Below are positions 47,101 through 57,412 of a stretch of 64,000 bases of DNA, piece after piece. Every line of letters starts with the position of its first letter. Position 1 is the first letter of the stretch. The stretch is from Setoptus koraiensis (Eukaryota; Animalia; Arthropoda), in contig CM106585.1 of the NCBI GenBank assembly GCA_048013815.1, positions 6,820,001 to 6,884,000 of the forward strand, read 5' to 3'. The translations under genes and the position numbers were made by a program. The notes beneath the pieces were generated by a model. It was not told where the DNA came from. It worked only from the letters and a program-made list of their open reading frames with translations, and did no database searches.

Positions 47101-48361
47101 CTTGAACATGCATGAAAAGGCATTCTAGCAGTTCATCTCTGAGTTGTTTCTGGTTTTCATCCAAATCGTCGTGACTCAATGATATGAAGACAATATTACC
47201 AATAATTGATAAGGCTGCATTCCGCATCAAATATGAATCTTGTTCGAGAAAATCCAGAACATGTGAAAGGGATGGTGTAAATTCTTTGGGACATTTCTCA
47301 GATAGTTCTAACAAAAAAGTTGATATGGCTCTTGGGCAGGAAGAGTCCCTAGTTAATTCCCTGATATCAATCCTCTCTATCTCCCTAAGTATTTCACCTA
47401 TCAATAATCTCTGGTTATTCCTAGTAACAATATGTACCACGAGACCGGCTAGTAGAGAAGCCAGTTGTTCTTTGTGTTGCAATAGTTGTATAATCTTCAA
47501 ACAAAAACTTAAAGATTGATTGTATTTCTCAATACCACAACCCAAAATATTAAAGGCGTGATCTAGCAATTCGGCACTTTTTGTGATGTTATTTATGGCT
47601 GAATTTTCCAAGAGTTTATAGCTTGTTCGCATTATAAGGCCAACTACGTCTTGAACTCCTGTGTTTGAGTCAAATAGTCGTTGCAATGGCAGTGACATCA
47701 ATCGAAGCAAGGAACCGACGGCCCTCTCCTTGTATCTTTCATACTCCTTACTTTTGTCTTGATGTGAGGTCTTGTTTTTCTTTACTCTCTTGTTGGAGTT
47801 CTCTTGTTCGCTGAAACTTTCATTAAAAGCCCGACGATGATTCTTTGAGGTCTCTAACTCTTCGAACTGTTCTATGAAGGTGCATGTGGTGAATACCAAC
47901 ATCTTCAGCGTATTACATGTGGCTTGTTTCTCATGTGGCGACTCAAACAGAGCCTGGCGTTGTGATTGAGACATATTGATGTCTTCTTGTCGCTGGGAAT
48001 CATTCAAAGCACTATCGTCCAACAATTTCGACGTGTTCCTTTGTGAATAGGCTGCTTGCACGGATTTGAAGAGATCTTTGAGACTCTCTTGAAAGGTGAG
48101 CGTGGCCTTGTAGGCCAATGTCCATGTTCTATCTACAACTCTTGGTTCTAATGTTGTGAAATTTTTCAATACTGAAAAGAAAACTTCAAAATCCTGACAC
48201 AAAGCGGTAGGATCCTCGTTGAGGTGCGCCTCACATTCTGGTAATTTTAATGAGATTTCCCTAGCGGTTAGCTCATCGTTGACATAGTAGACATTTGGAT
48301 CATCGTTGGCGTGAAGAAGATCCTCCAATTTTTGCGGTATCACAAATCTAAGATTGTCCAT
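44102..48361 (-). CDS. NCAPD2: Condensin complex subunit 1 (CAP-D2/Cnd1), intronless, 1419 aa
   Basis: N-terminal FVIP motif, HEAT repeats (YLMRNAAL, DITSYTRSKA, LQDKSCFVRKSA) and the Cnd1 domain (LCLAKYMMVSEKFC, DLCIRFPNLLDPWT, LILSDMIKVKGQIS, IYNVLPDIISRLSD). Confidence 0.97.
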   Translation of the reverse strand: MDNLRFVIPQKLEDLLHANDDPNVYYVNDELTAREISLKLPECEAHLNEDPTALCQDFEVFFSVLKNFTTLEPRVVDRTWTLAYKATLTFQESLKDLFKSVQAAYSQRNTSKLLDDSALNDSQRQEDINMSQSQRQALFESPHEKQATCNTLKMLVFTTCTFIEQFEELETSKNHRRAFNESFSEQENSNKRVKKNKTSHQDKSKEYERYKERAVGSLLRLMSLPLQRLFDSNTGVQDVVGLIMRTSYKLLENSAINNITKSAELLDHAFNILGCGIEKYNQSLSFCLKIIQLLQHKEQLASLLAGLVVHIVTRNNQRLLIGEILREIERIDIRELTRDSSCPRAISTFLLELSEKCPKEFTPSLSHVLDFLEQDSYLMRNAALSIIGNIVFISLSHDDLDENQKQLRDELLECLFMHVQDITSYTRSKAISVWCMLSEKNAIPLRRLDKVTGRIVQRLQDKSCFVRKSAVRYLISVLQNNPFAQRLPLHTFKQKYEEEKEVLKKLIEEEELKNQAAAMSDGAKSSQESESNKTVIDQDEDGEGSDTEVENDSQRTENNSQAANKTKDILNQTLDNVTPSQDPIVIKRRQVRYLLDSILFTEHIHKSIPIICELLYSKSITDIQEAVDFFVCCHNFGIDEALVGFKKMILLINSPEKSIKETVTNAYKKIFFESSRYEGHNQAEKNNLTVLNFINFIEHASIGEMVSLEVLMGNFLASGDFTKGMQQELWARFTMKKQDTTLSQCVASIQLIGMLARSEPNIINDNSDLCVKHGLATNGWAQPELDSRFIRETCIALQKSLPKKLSMEDKTAYLKRLSRSEPLFTRLSDILVDSLHNVNCTHWYSMCDEAIKVIFKMSENPEIICEKIYCRMVDELLSHAQNASGIFTQPTINGTGGRIESPDLVETPNDSRGSPNTSNSSEHDSNDSSRQKRARVETRTISQNSAGTERTEPLNENAQAPDKVNSIYLARFLHFIGSVALNLTVHLELNVFIELKQRNGLREEKENRKSLHNVSLSSRRRSRRFGRPSLSASMTEMNLEEEIGLGGANALEDAEMEFLEAMCDDELVVGGNLLGKMSKVINIVSRDPSRYPSLELRLAATLCLAKYMMVSEKFCSEHLRLLFTILEKSKESEIKINLIIAVSDLCIRFPNLLDPWTSHLFDCLQNADVRVRKASLKVLSRLILSDMIKVKGQISNIANLMVDDDEDLSSCSRYFFAELSKKLNAIYNVLPDIISRLSDPKLGVTEENFRIVMKFLFELIDKDRHVDKLMEKLCKRFSDTIIERQWCDLAFCLSLMKYSDKTLGKLFDNFNFYKDKLCIESVNESITSIIVNFRKTPNIRVETKQLLDDFEAKIKLAVKPVLMEGEEEEQEEQEEQEEQEDQDEQEAQEEHEERQEQTTENNNTNNRSSNRSLRSNSSY

Positions 48362-48608
48362 CTTTGTTGTTTAAACGGGATCTATAGTTGGCCAATCAGT
48401 CAGTATGGAGGTGATGCTGCAATGATGATGGGAAAGGCAAAAAAATATAATGATATAATAATATATACAATGAAAAAGTCTGCTGATGTGTGGAAAATGT
48501 TCGAATATTATTATGAAAACAAATGTTCTCGCACGTTATCTAATACCCCTACCCTGCAGGGTATTGCATTGAAGCAGTTGAGAGTGCATCTGAATCGATA
48601 ACAAACGA

Positions 48609-48619
48609 GCGCCACTACA
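48609..48619 (-). promoter_or_regulatory. TGTAGTGGCGC motif in the divergent CAP-D2/anillin promoter; identical copy at 57121..57131 upstream of armadillo
   Basis: Exact 11-mer match at two AT-rich intergenic promoter regions. Function is inferred. Confidence 0.35.
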
Positions 48620-49071
48620 CAGCGTTACTCTATACTAACAACATGTAAGCGCTCTGTGCACGAGATTGTCAATAAAACGAACGAATTGTCCGTTTGGAAT
48701 TATGGCGCGCACAACGTGTTGCTACAGCACGATATTGGGCTGTTCTGCCTAAATTCGGCGTGTACCAGTAGCATTACAGTATGCATAGAGAATGTTTTCA
48801 ACCGACCGCTGAACGCAAAATGGGGGAACGAGCAGGGAAAGTAACAAGTTACATTATGATCAGCACGTACAAAGTTGAGAATCGCGATTTTTAGTTTTTT
48901 TATACGACCGTGATTGTTTAGCATTGCGCCTTATCTCTTTGTTCACTGCCATAGCCTATCTACTGACCTCAATGATAGGGATCCCAATGTTTTAAGGATA
49001 GAATATTTTATCGTCGCTGCCAATCTCTAGAAGAAAAAAAAACAGCTAACAACACAACTCCAATCAGTCAA

Positions 49072-50946
49072 ATGAACGACAGACAACACAGCGCTGCCCC
49101 AGAAGAATTTCTGGCGGAATTTCTCGTTAGAGCCCAGAAACGTCAGGCTAAATTGGAGGAAGGAGACACCTCTCTACAGCCAGCCTCTAAGATTTATCAT
49201 GCAGAGAGAATCGTAACGAGCAACGACGACGAACCTTCTTCTGATGCCGATGAGCCCGCCTCTCGTGCCGTCCATCCACCCATACTCAGAAAGATAGAGG
49301 CTTTGGAAGTGTCACGATCTCCAAAGGATTTTGTTGAACAAGCCGAGAAACTATTCGATGCGAGATCTCAAGCAAACAATTCTATTGTCGACAGTTCCCT
49401 TCGTAGACTGTCCACAATAGAAGATGAAGACGAAGGCGAAGATATAGTGGAGCGGGAGAGCCCTCCCACCGAAAATCTCTCGGCAAAACTGCCTGATGAT
49501 GAGGCTGATTACGAAGATGATCCTCTTGATCTATCAGAATACTTGGATGGTCCAATTTTGTATAGGGATGATGAACCATGCGAACGGTCTGATTCAGAGT
49601 CAGTACTCAAAGAGGCTTCCACTAACGATCTTAAATACTCCCTATCTACTTACAGAAAAGAGAAGAAGCACAAGACTCCCAGTGCACCTCCAATCGTTTA
49701 TGCAGTACCATCATCCACGGAAAATCTGAATAAGGCCGACAATGAAGAATTGATCAAATGTTACGAGGATAAAATCAGAAAAGTCACCAACTTCATCAAG
49801 GAGACAGGAAAAGCTCTAGATTTATGTTATGATGATCCCAAACTTCGCGGTACGGAACAACATTTAGAGTATGAAAAACTATTGCTTGAGTCATCATTTA
49901 AACAGCTCGTATACTCAAATGAGATGGCAAAGATACGACAATTGAAAAAACAAATTTCTCAAGACGGTACTACTGGTACTATAAGGTTGCACCCAATATC
50001 GCTTCAACTCACCAACACACTATTACAATCTACGAAGGAAGACAAAGTGCTACACTGCTTCTTGTGTCTTGCTCGTTGTGGACCCGAAGTTCAATGTACC
50101 GAATTGATTACATCGCGTAGTATTAGAAACAGGATCATCAAATTTGTAACTCCTTTGGTTTTTCAAAATATTCCCACAAATTTTCAGCTACTATTCGAGG
50201 TATATGAACTGGTGGACGAACATCCAAAAAGTAGGAAAGATCTCAATTTTTTCGCTCCTTTGACACCATCTAAGAGGTCTACGAAACATGTCACGAATCT
50301 GCTCACCCCTTCATCACTTCTGAAAACACGTAGAACTGCCTTCAAGAGTATAGGAATGTTGCATATGAAGTTAGACCAATGTCAGAATGTATCATTCAAG
50401 CTTGATCATGTTCCAGAGCCTGGATCTATCGACCCAAAAGTCACAATGGGTATCACTCTGAATGCTGTGCATACTATAGTCAAAAAAGGTATGCTCCACC
50501 TTTTGACTGAGTCAAATGAATATCCTGATTGGATACGAAGGTGGTTCGTACTAAAAGATGGAAAATTGAAATTTTGGCGTCATCCCGAAGATGAAAGTGA
50601 GGATGAGACTGCAAGCCCGCCTATGGGTCAAATAGATTTATCCAGATGCAACTGTGCTAAAGTTACCCCATGTTCTCCTCTGGACGACTTTTATCGTCAG
50701 AATTCATTTGTGTTCTACACATCAAGGCGAGTTCTGGAAGATGAAACTAATAATCTCCTAGAGCGGGTATATCATAATGAGAAAATGATCAAACATCAAA
50801 TGGCTACCAGCACGAAAGATGAACGGAACTCATGGTTAGAGGCACTTAACTTCGCAATCGATACTATTCGCCGGTGGAGGAGTACTCCGGTCAACATAAT
50901 GGACGAGGCGGTGATCAAAAAAGTCATGTCCTCAGCTAAACAATGA
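49072..50946 (+). CDS. ANLN: Anillin-like protein (RhoA-binding coiled coil, anillin homology domain, PH domain), intronless, 624 aa
   Basis: KALDLC...GTEQHLEYEKLLL, the AH-domain FELYEL-like segment and the PH domain GMLHL...WIRRWFVLKDGKLKFWRHPEDE...PMGQIDL. Confidence 0.88.
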   Translation: MNDRQHSAAPEEFLAEFLVRAQKRQAKLEEGDTSLQPASKIYHAERIVTSNDDEPSSDADEPASRAVHPPILRKIEALEVSRSPKDFVEQAEKLFDARSQANNSIVDSSLRRLSTIEDEDEGEDIVERESPPTENLSAKLPDDEADYEDDPLDLSEYLDGPILYRDDEPCERSDSESVLKEASTNDLKYSLSTYRKEKKHKTPSAPPIVYAVPSSTENLNKADNEELIKCYEDKIRKVTNFIKETGKALDLCYDDPKLRGTEQHLEYEKLLLESSFKQLVYSNEMAKIRQLKKQISQDGTTGTIRLHPISLQLTNTLLQSTKEDKVLHCFLCLARCGPEVQCTELITSRSIRNRIIKFVTPLVFQNIPTNFQLLFEVYELVDEHPKSRKDLNFFAPLTPSKRSTKHVTNLLTPSSLLKTRRTAFKSIGMLHMKLDQCQNVSFKLDHVPEPGSIDPKVTMGITLNAVHTIVKKGMLHLLTESNEYPDWIRRWFVLKDGKLKFWRHPEDESEDETASPPMGQIDLSRCNCAKVTPCSPLDDFYRQNSFVFYTSRRVLEDETNNLLERVYHNEKMIKHQMATSTKDERNSWLEALNFAIDTIRRWRSTPVNIMDEAVIKKVMSSAKQ

Positions 50947-51202
50947 CCTCAGATATCTCAAGAAACTCGCGAACACTTAACGAGGAAAATCTCTGTACTT
51001 AACAAATGATATTTTTATCTACAATTTGCTATACATTGATATGAATACTCATTTTAATCTCATTAATAATATCGGAAGTAAACAGATTCGATGACATCCA
51101 CACTCAATCTATTACTCTCGTGATCTGTAAAGTTGATTCATGCATTAAATTATATTTTTAGATAGGCAAACAGTATGATGGATGGATTTTTTGATATTTC
51201 GT

Positions 51203-52606
51203 TCATATTTCCTCTTTGGCGCTCTCTTCCACCAAGCTGTCCTCTGTCAAAAGACTGCGTGAGAGAGATAGACAATATCGCCTGAATATGACAAAATAAA
51301 CTAACCCAATAATAAGTAGCAGTTCAAAACCGAAGAGAAAGTAGGTACTGTTTCGGTATCCAACATTCTCAATAAGAAAACCTCCCAGTGACGGCCCCAG
51401 GAATGCTCCTATAGATGTGGATGTGTGATAAATAGATGAGCAAACTCCAAATGTTGATTTATTATCAGGCATTCCTAGATCGAAGATAGCATGTCGGAAA
51501 GATCCCACGAGGGCCGACACTAATTTGATTGCAGTTCCGATACCTATAAATAATAGAGCTATAATGATCCACACTAGATTAGGATCGGCTCGTACAACGG
51601 GCAGAGGCCCGATAATGATAAACCCACCCAGGCACAACGAGCATCCGAAAATAGATAGAATCTTGGTGTCGAAATGTTTGCTGACTTTACCCCAGATAGG
51701 TGTTGTAATGGCGTAAATAGTTCCAGTAATTATAAAAATAAATCCTACAGTCATGACACTCAAATTGAACTGTCTAAGATGGGGCTCCAAAGTTGCAGCA
51801 TTGTAACCAATGAATGTCAATGAAGTTATCACACATAACGCGTCCAATAAAATACCAGGCGCTAGTAATATCTTGAGATACTGGGCTCGAGGTTGTCGTG
51901 GATCTATGGGAATAGGATTTTGACCAGTCGTCACAACGAAATTCAGCAAGGCGCCCAAAATTAGAAGCACACCTAGCACCAAAAATGGTAAAATATAACC
52001 TCCGATGTTGTAGAGCCACCCGCCTAGTGTGGGTCCACATATGAGTCCTAAACCGAACGAAGTTTCGAGCAACGATAAAATTGAGGCCTGATCTTGAGGA
52101 AATTCTTCAGCGGTTGCTGTGTAACAAGGTGTGGTAAACGATGCAGCTCCCACACCCTCCATAATGCGTATCGCAAAAGCTAGCGCTATAAAAACGGTTC
52201 CATAGGGCGCTTTGTCAAGAAAACCAAAAGCAACAGTCATTACCCCAGTGAGGATTAAACCAGACTGGATCCATATCTTCGGCGATGATGATCCAATCAA
52301 TTTTCCCACTAAGGGTGACACGACTATGATGGCTATCTCATACACTCCAAATACTAAACCATATTCTGTAGCGGAAGCGCCCTTATCTTCTGCTTCCTTG
52401 GGAAAAAATGGAGCCTGAAGAGAGACACAAGCGGCAAGAAAGAAGTTTCCATATATGTAAGAAAATATCAGTAGTAGCTGACGGGTGGAGTACTTTTGAC
52501 GCTGTAATACACTATCATGAAAGGTTGATTGTTGTTGATGATCAAGGGAAGTAGTGTGTCTGATTAGTGAAGAATGGTCGAATGATGTTGTCGGCGCTGC
52601 CATCAT
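51203..52606 (-). CDS. SLC18B1: MFS-type transporter SLC18B1-like, intronless
   Basis: SLQAPFFPKEAEDKG, YGLVFGVYE, ETSFGLGLICGPTLGGWLY and LEPHL motifs; 12-TM pattern. Confidence 0.92.
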   Translation of the reverse strand: MMAAPTTSFDHSSLIRHTTSLDHQQQSTFHDSVLQRQKYSTRQLLLIFSYIYGNFFLAACVSLQAPFFPKEAEDKGASATEYGLVFGVYEIAIIVVSPLVGKLIGSSSPKIWIQSGLILTGVMTVAFGFLDKAPYGTVFIALAFAIRIMEGVGAASFTTPCYTATAEEFPQDQASILSLLETSFGLGLICGPTLGGWLYNIGGYILPFLVLGVLLILGALLNFVVTTGQNPIPIDPRQPRAQYLKILLAPGILLDALCVITSLTFIGYNAATLEPHLRQFNLSVMTVGFIFIITGTIYAITTPIWGKVSKHFDTKILSIFGCSLCLGGFIIIGPLPVVRADPNLVWIIIALLFIGIGTAIKLVSALVGSFRHAIFDLGMPDNKSTFGVCSSIYHTSTSIGAFLGPSLGGFLIENVGYRNSTYFLFGFELLLIIGLVYFVIFRRYCLSLSRSLLTEDSLVEESAKEEI

Positions 52607-52864
52607 AGACCAATAGGTGTAACAGATATAATAAAGATATTGACCAGATCCTATTCGAAGTCACTGTGTGATTATTAGTTAAGTTTCGGATAATATATTG
52701 TGTCTGAGTTCCGATTGAATAAAAAACATGAGTAGGCACAACAATTCTTGAGATATACTTCAATTAGGTATGGTCGTAAACATTTTTTCAAGGAATTGAC
52801 CGTCTTGAGCCAAACATGGTTCACCTTATTAATCAGCAATAACAACAAGGTGTTATTCAATGTT

Positions 52865-53700
52865 CAGTCCATAGCGATCGATCCATACAAGTTGTCTACA
52901 TGAGGTGTAATAGATGAAAAAGATGAAGAAAAAAACACAAGTGGGTGTATAGAATGCAGATGCACTTGGTGATTTAAATCGGAGTGAGTGTTCAATCGAT
53001 AATCAAGTATCGAAAGCGCGCGTAAAATCTTGCTTCAGAACAGCTTATTTCTCATCTACGCTTGTTCCAAATCTTGGCAAGACGACCATCATACGTGATC
53101 AAGATAGTCTTAGGAGCTATATAATTTATACATTCAAGCAAGCGGCTAATGTATAAATTCTGGTGACATGCAGATATACGGCGACATTAGGTCGAGACTT
53201 GTCATCTCATCTTCGGAAAATCATTACAGGATCCTGTGACTGCGCGGTCAGTAAAGTTTGCAAGCCGCCTTGGTGTCGAGATAATCTCTATCATTCTGTG
53301 GAACGAATTTCGAAGAAGGAATAAATTATTTAAACCAATTATTTAACCAATTCACTAGCGATCAATTCTGTCCAGCGATCCTTTATCACTGGGTTTGCTT
53401 ATGCTTACTTTATTTGGCTGGCCGGAATTTCGAACAAAAAATCGCACTCAATTTGTTTAGGCGAAATAATTCATCGATTGTAACAATTTTTATTTCACTA
53501 GATTAACTATTAGCCTTTGCCGAAAAACTAGAGGGTAAAAAATCTTCGGCTACTGTTGTTTACAATGGCGCCCTATTTCCGTCACTGAATAGAACATTGC
53601 GAATATTATCACATTATATTCATTAGTAATGAATTGCGACGAAGAAGATCTTCGAGAGCATGAAAACGATAGAGATGACAAGAAAAAATAATTTCTCGGA
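52865..53700 (+). pseudogene. Internally deleted tandem duplicate of the GR-like locus
   Basis: 52865..53056 matches 53719..53908; 53064..53316 matches 54318..54572; 53343..53462 matches 54753..54872; 53516..53700 matches 55842..56020. The start-codon region and ~970 bp of coding body are missing. Confidence 0.8.
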
Positions 53701-54590
53701 AATCGAAATATCCGCCGCCAGTCCGTAGTGATCGATCCATACAAGTTGTCTACATGAGATGTAGTAGATGAAAAAGATGAAGAAAAAACACAAGGGGGTA
53801 TATAGAATGTAGATGCACTAGGTGATTTAAATCGCAATGAGTGTCAATCGATAATCAAGTATCGAAAGAGTGGGTAGAATCTTTCTACAGAACAGCTCAT
53901 TTCTCATCGCCTCTCCAGAGATGACTAATTTTGGTTATACTGATTCCGCGTCGTAGATCTAGCTTTGCCAGAAAATCATCCTGAGAGACAAGAGAGCCAA
54001 CCAATAACCAATAGAACCGATGGTACAAGTGAAAATGTAGATATTCGTTTGAGATTGATCTTATATCAGGCACAAATCTATTCAAAAAATAATCACCGAT
54101 CGCAAAGAGAGAGTTTAATCATGCGTTATCGCCCTCAAAAAAATGTCGTGCGGTTCTCGTAAACTGTACAAGTGATGTTCGCTTGTCCCCGTATAGGCCT
54201 TCCTCTCATTACCGTATGCTGGCAGTTGAGTGCCTCTCGTTACCCGATATTTATCGTAGCTGTCATGCAATGTTTCAACATAAAAGACAAACTATCAGCA
54301 AACTCATATCTAAGCTAGTTCCAAATCTTTGCAAGACGATCATCATACGTGATTAGGATTGTCTTAGGGGATATATAATTTATACTTTCCAGCACGCGGC
54401 TGGTGTATAAATTACCGACGACGTGAAGATCTACGGCGATAGTAGGATTGTCATTTAGTCCTCGAAAAATCTCCAGAGGATGGTGTGACTGCGCGGTCAG
54501 TGAAGATTGCAAGCCGCCTTGGTGTTGGGATCAGCCATAATCTCTGTCATTCTGTGGAACGAATTTCGAAGATAGAATAGTTTATTCAAA

Positions 54591-55928
54591 ATGACGATTA
54601 TAGAAGAAGAAGATTGTGAAAATCCAAAGAGAGCAACAAAAGTTTCTATTGCTGGTGATTCAAAGCGAAGTAAAAATCGAGATGGAAAAAGAACATTGAA
54701 AGATCGCATCTATTGGATTGAGTGGATGTTTAGACTAACGGGTTCAATCAAATTAACCAATTCGCTGGCGATCAATACTATTCAGCGATTACTTATCACT
54801 GGGTTTACTTATGCTTACTATATTTGGGTAGCCAGAATTTCAAACAAAAATTCGCACCCTATTTATTTAGGCTCATTGAAGAACTTACATGTAATTGGCA
54901 TGATTCGGTATTTTGGGCTAATTTTCCTTGCAGAGTTTACTTCCGTCATGGCCAATGTGGCAGCATTCGTGCCAGGAGTATTGAATTATCACTACATTGA
55001 TTTGATTTTAAAAAAGAGCGACTGCGACGATATATCAGATCTGCTTCACAGTGACAAAATAAAGGGCAAGATAAATAGGAGCGTTCCTAGAAACTTTATT
55101 TGTGGCTTGAAAGAATTCATGAGAAATTATGGTTATTATGGTTATTTTTGGTTTGCTTCAATGTTTGCATTAATCTGTGTCATTTATTTAGTTGAAGAAG
55201 AGCCCTTTCTTCAAGTATTGAATCTAGCGCCTATAAACCATATATTAATTTGTAATATCACTTCAATATATTACATATTATATAGAATAACATTGTCTAC
55301 CTCAGATCGAATAGCTCTATTGGTAGCCAGAAGAAATGTGTTACCAATGACAGTTATTTTGGATACACTTGCGCAAATCCGTGATGTAATGCTACTAATC
55401 AGACAACAGATCAGTCTACCTCTCTATGTATTATATTCGCATGTATTATTTTATTTCGCGAGACGCCTCTTTACTATCATCGATTCAATTAAGACAAAAC
55501 AACAGACCGTTTTCATGTGTCTGCTGTTGAACTATTCCTCTAAAATAGCTCTCTTGTTATTGATAATCGATGGATATCGAAGAATTTATGAGAACTCTCG
55601 ACTGTTGTTGCATCTATTAGAGGCCACTAATTATCTGGGATCAACAGATTCTCCCTTGAAGCCAATGCTCAATGAATTGAACGAGCTCACGAGAAAGAAT
55701 GACATTCGTCTACTGAGACGTCTAGTCAAGGATATCTGCTGTATTGGACCATCGAATTGGTTCAATCCAAGTATGAGAGATTTAATTGTTCTTAATTTAG
55801 TGATTATAACAACTGTTATCTCGGTCAATGAACTATCAGACTTTGCCGAAAAACTGGAGGGTAAAAAATTGTCGGCTACTGTTGTTTCAAATGGCAACCC
55901 ATTTCCGTCACTGAACAGAACCTTGTAA
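54591..55928 (+). CDS. Divergent 7-TM gustatory-receptor-like (7tm_7 / GR superfamily) protein, intronless, 445 aa
   Basis: About 7 hydrophobic segments with GR-like spacing: TM5 QQISLPLYVLYSHV, TM6 KIALLLLIIDGYRRIYEN, and a TM7 region IGPSNWFNP...LVIITTVISV. The canonical TY...QF motif is not conserved. Confidence 0.6.
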   Translation: MTIIEEEDCENPKRATKVSIAGDSKRSKNRDGKRTLKDRIYWIEWMFRLTGSIKLTNSLAINTIQRLLITGFTYAYYIWVARISNKNSHPIYLGSLKNLHVIGMIRYFGLIFLAEFTSVMANVAAFVPGVLNYHYIDLILKKSDCDDISDLLHSDKIKGKINRSVPRNFICGLKEFMRNYGYYGYFWFASMFALICVIYLVEEEPFLQVLNLAPINHILICNITSIYYILYRITLSTSDRIALLVARRNVLPMTVILDTLAQIRDVMLLIRQQISLPLYVLYSHVLFYFARRLFTIIDSIKTKQQTVFMCLLLNYSSKIALLLLIIDGYRRIYENSRLLLHLLEATNYLGSTDSPLKPMLNELNELTRKNDIRLLRRLVKDICCIGPSNWFNPSMRDLIVLNLVIITTVISVNELSDFAEKLEGKKLSATVVSNGNPFPSLNRTL

Positions 55929-57412
55929 ATAGTATCACATCATTTTCATAAGTGATGAATCGCGACGAAGAAGATCTTCGAGAACACAATAACGATAGAG
56001 ATGATGAGAAAAAATAATTTCGGAATATTCAGCTCATTTTTGAGTTGTTACAGGTACAGCGATGGCCTAGTCATATTGAAGGATAAGAAAAACTTGATGA
56101 CATTATTGCAAAAACTACAAAAACGTGGATTTTTAATAGACCATTTATTGAACAGTTTAATCCAGAGAATCGATATTGGCCAATGTTTGTTCTATTCGAG
56201 TATACCTGAAATGTAGATTTACCTTGTCAGTGTGACTTGGCTGAATGTAAGTTACCTGGACAACATAGAAAGAATATTGAGCTGTGGCTCGGAAATTTTG
56301 TCGGACGGAGGCTTGTACGGCGGAGAGTAGACGCTAATAGTGAATATCAAAGTATTAGGTTATACAATTAGAGTTCAAGGATCTTGAGATCGTCGATTTC
56401 AATCTTTGTGTCCAGCGTATCTTTAGGCAATGCTACGAATCATAGAACAACACTTAGATTTGAACATCCCTGAGGAGAGTTTAGAATACACTAGTATTAC
56501 CATTTTGAATATTTCCGTTAGGAATGCATTTACGTTTTTAGCCGGACTAACAAATGGATATTCATTTATACCATTAGAGGTATTGCTCTCGAAACGTGAA
56601 TGCCCGAAAGATACCTCCGTCCCATGATATCATCAGCCACACAAGTGCCAACAAAACGGTTCGAATTGACGAAATGGCACTGACGATAATGCAAAGACTG
56701 TTTAGCGAAGAGTCTTTGCTAGAAACTGGATAGCCAGTCTGACATTTACTATTGTTAAAGCCACGACTAGTTCTGCAGTGCATTTCCAAAACGAACAGAC
56801 CATTTAAGCACAGTGGTTGCAAAAGCTCACGCACCTCTGAAGAAACTCAACTAATGTATGGAGCAGACATCACACAGGATTGTATGGGCACAAGTGGCAC
56901 ACAAGAAATTAGTGGACAGTCTGTGCTTGAATGCGTTGCGCAGTTATGATTGTGTTTCAATTTCATCGTCCCAGTATTCGGCCATCATTAAACTGATGCA
57001 AGAATTTATTATTATTACGTTAGTCTAAAACAATAGATATAACCACAGTTGGAATCTATTCCAAAGGATGCACAATAACACGCCAAAAACAAAATTAGAT
57101 CCGAGCTGCAGATAATCTGTTGTAGTGGCGCCACTGGAAATGAGTCAAGCGTGATTCGTGGTTTTTACATTTTTTCACAATTCTCGTAATACAATACCGC
57201 ACATCAAGCCAATAGAAAGAAAAAAACTGATTCAGAGGAGACTAATACACCCTGTGAATACACTACACCCTTGAATGCATTTAGTGAAGTAGAAATTATT
57301 CTCATTTGGATTTAGATACATTTTTGTTGCATAATTACTACTATATTTATAAAGCAATAATCAACTATCACTACAAATAATCGACAAAGAAATATAAATT
57401 TGTACATTCAAA

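Noticed and set aside
53550-53837. 95-aa minus-strand ORF within the duplicated GR flanks
   Set aside because: The frame is not conserved in the paralogous copy (indel in the A-run), so it is likely incidental.
56492-56500. TAGTATTAC, the CRESS-DNA virus origin nonanucleotide
   Set aside because: No flanking stem and no Rep ORF; an AT-rich 9-mer is expected by chance.
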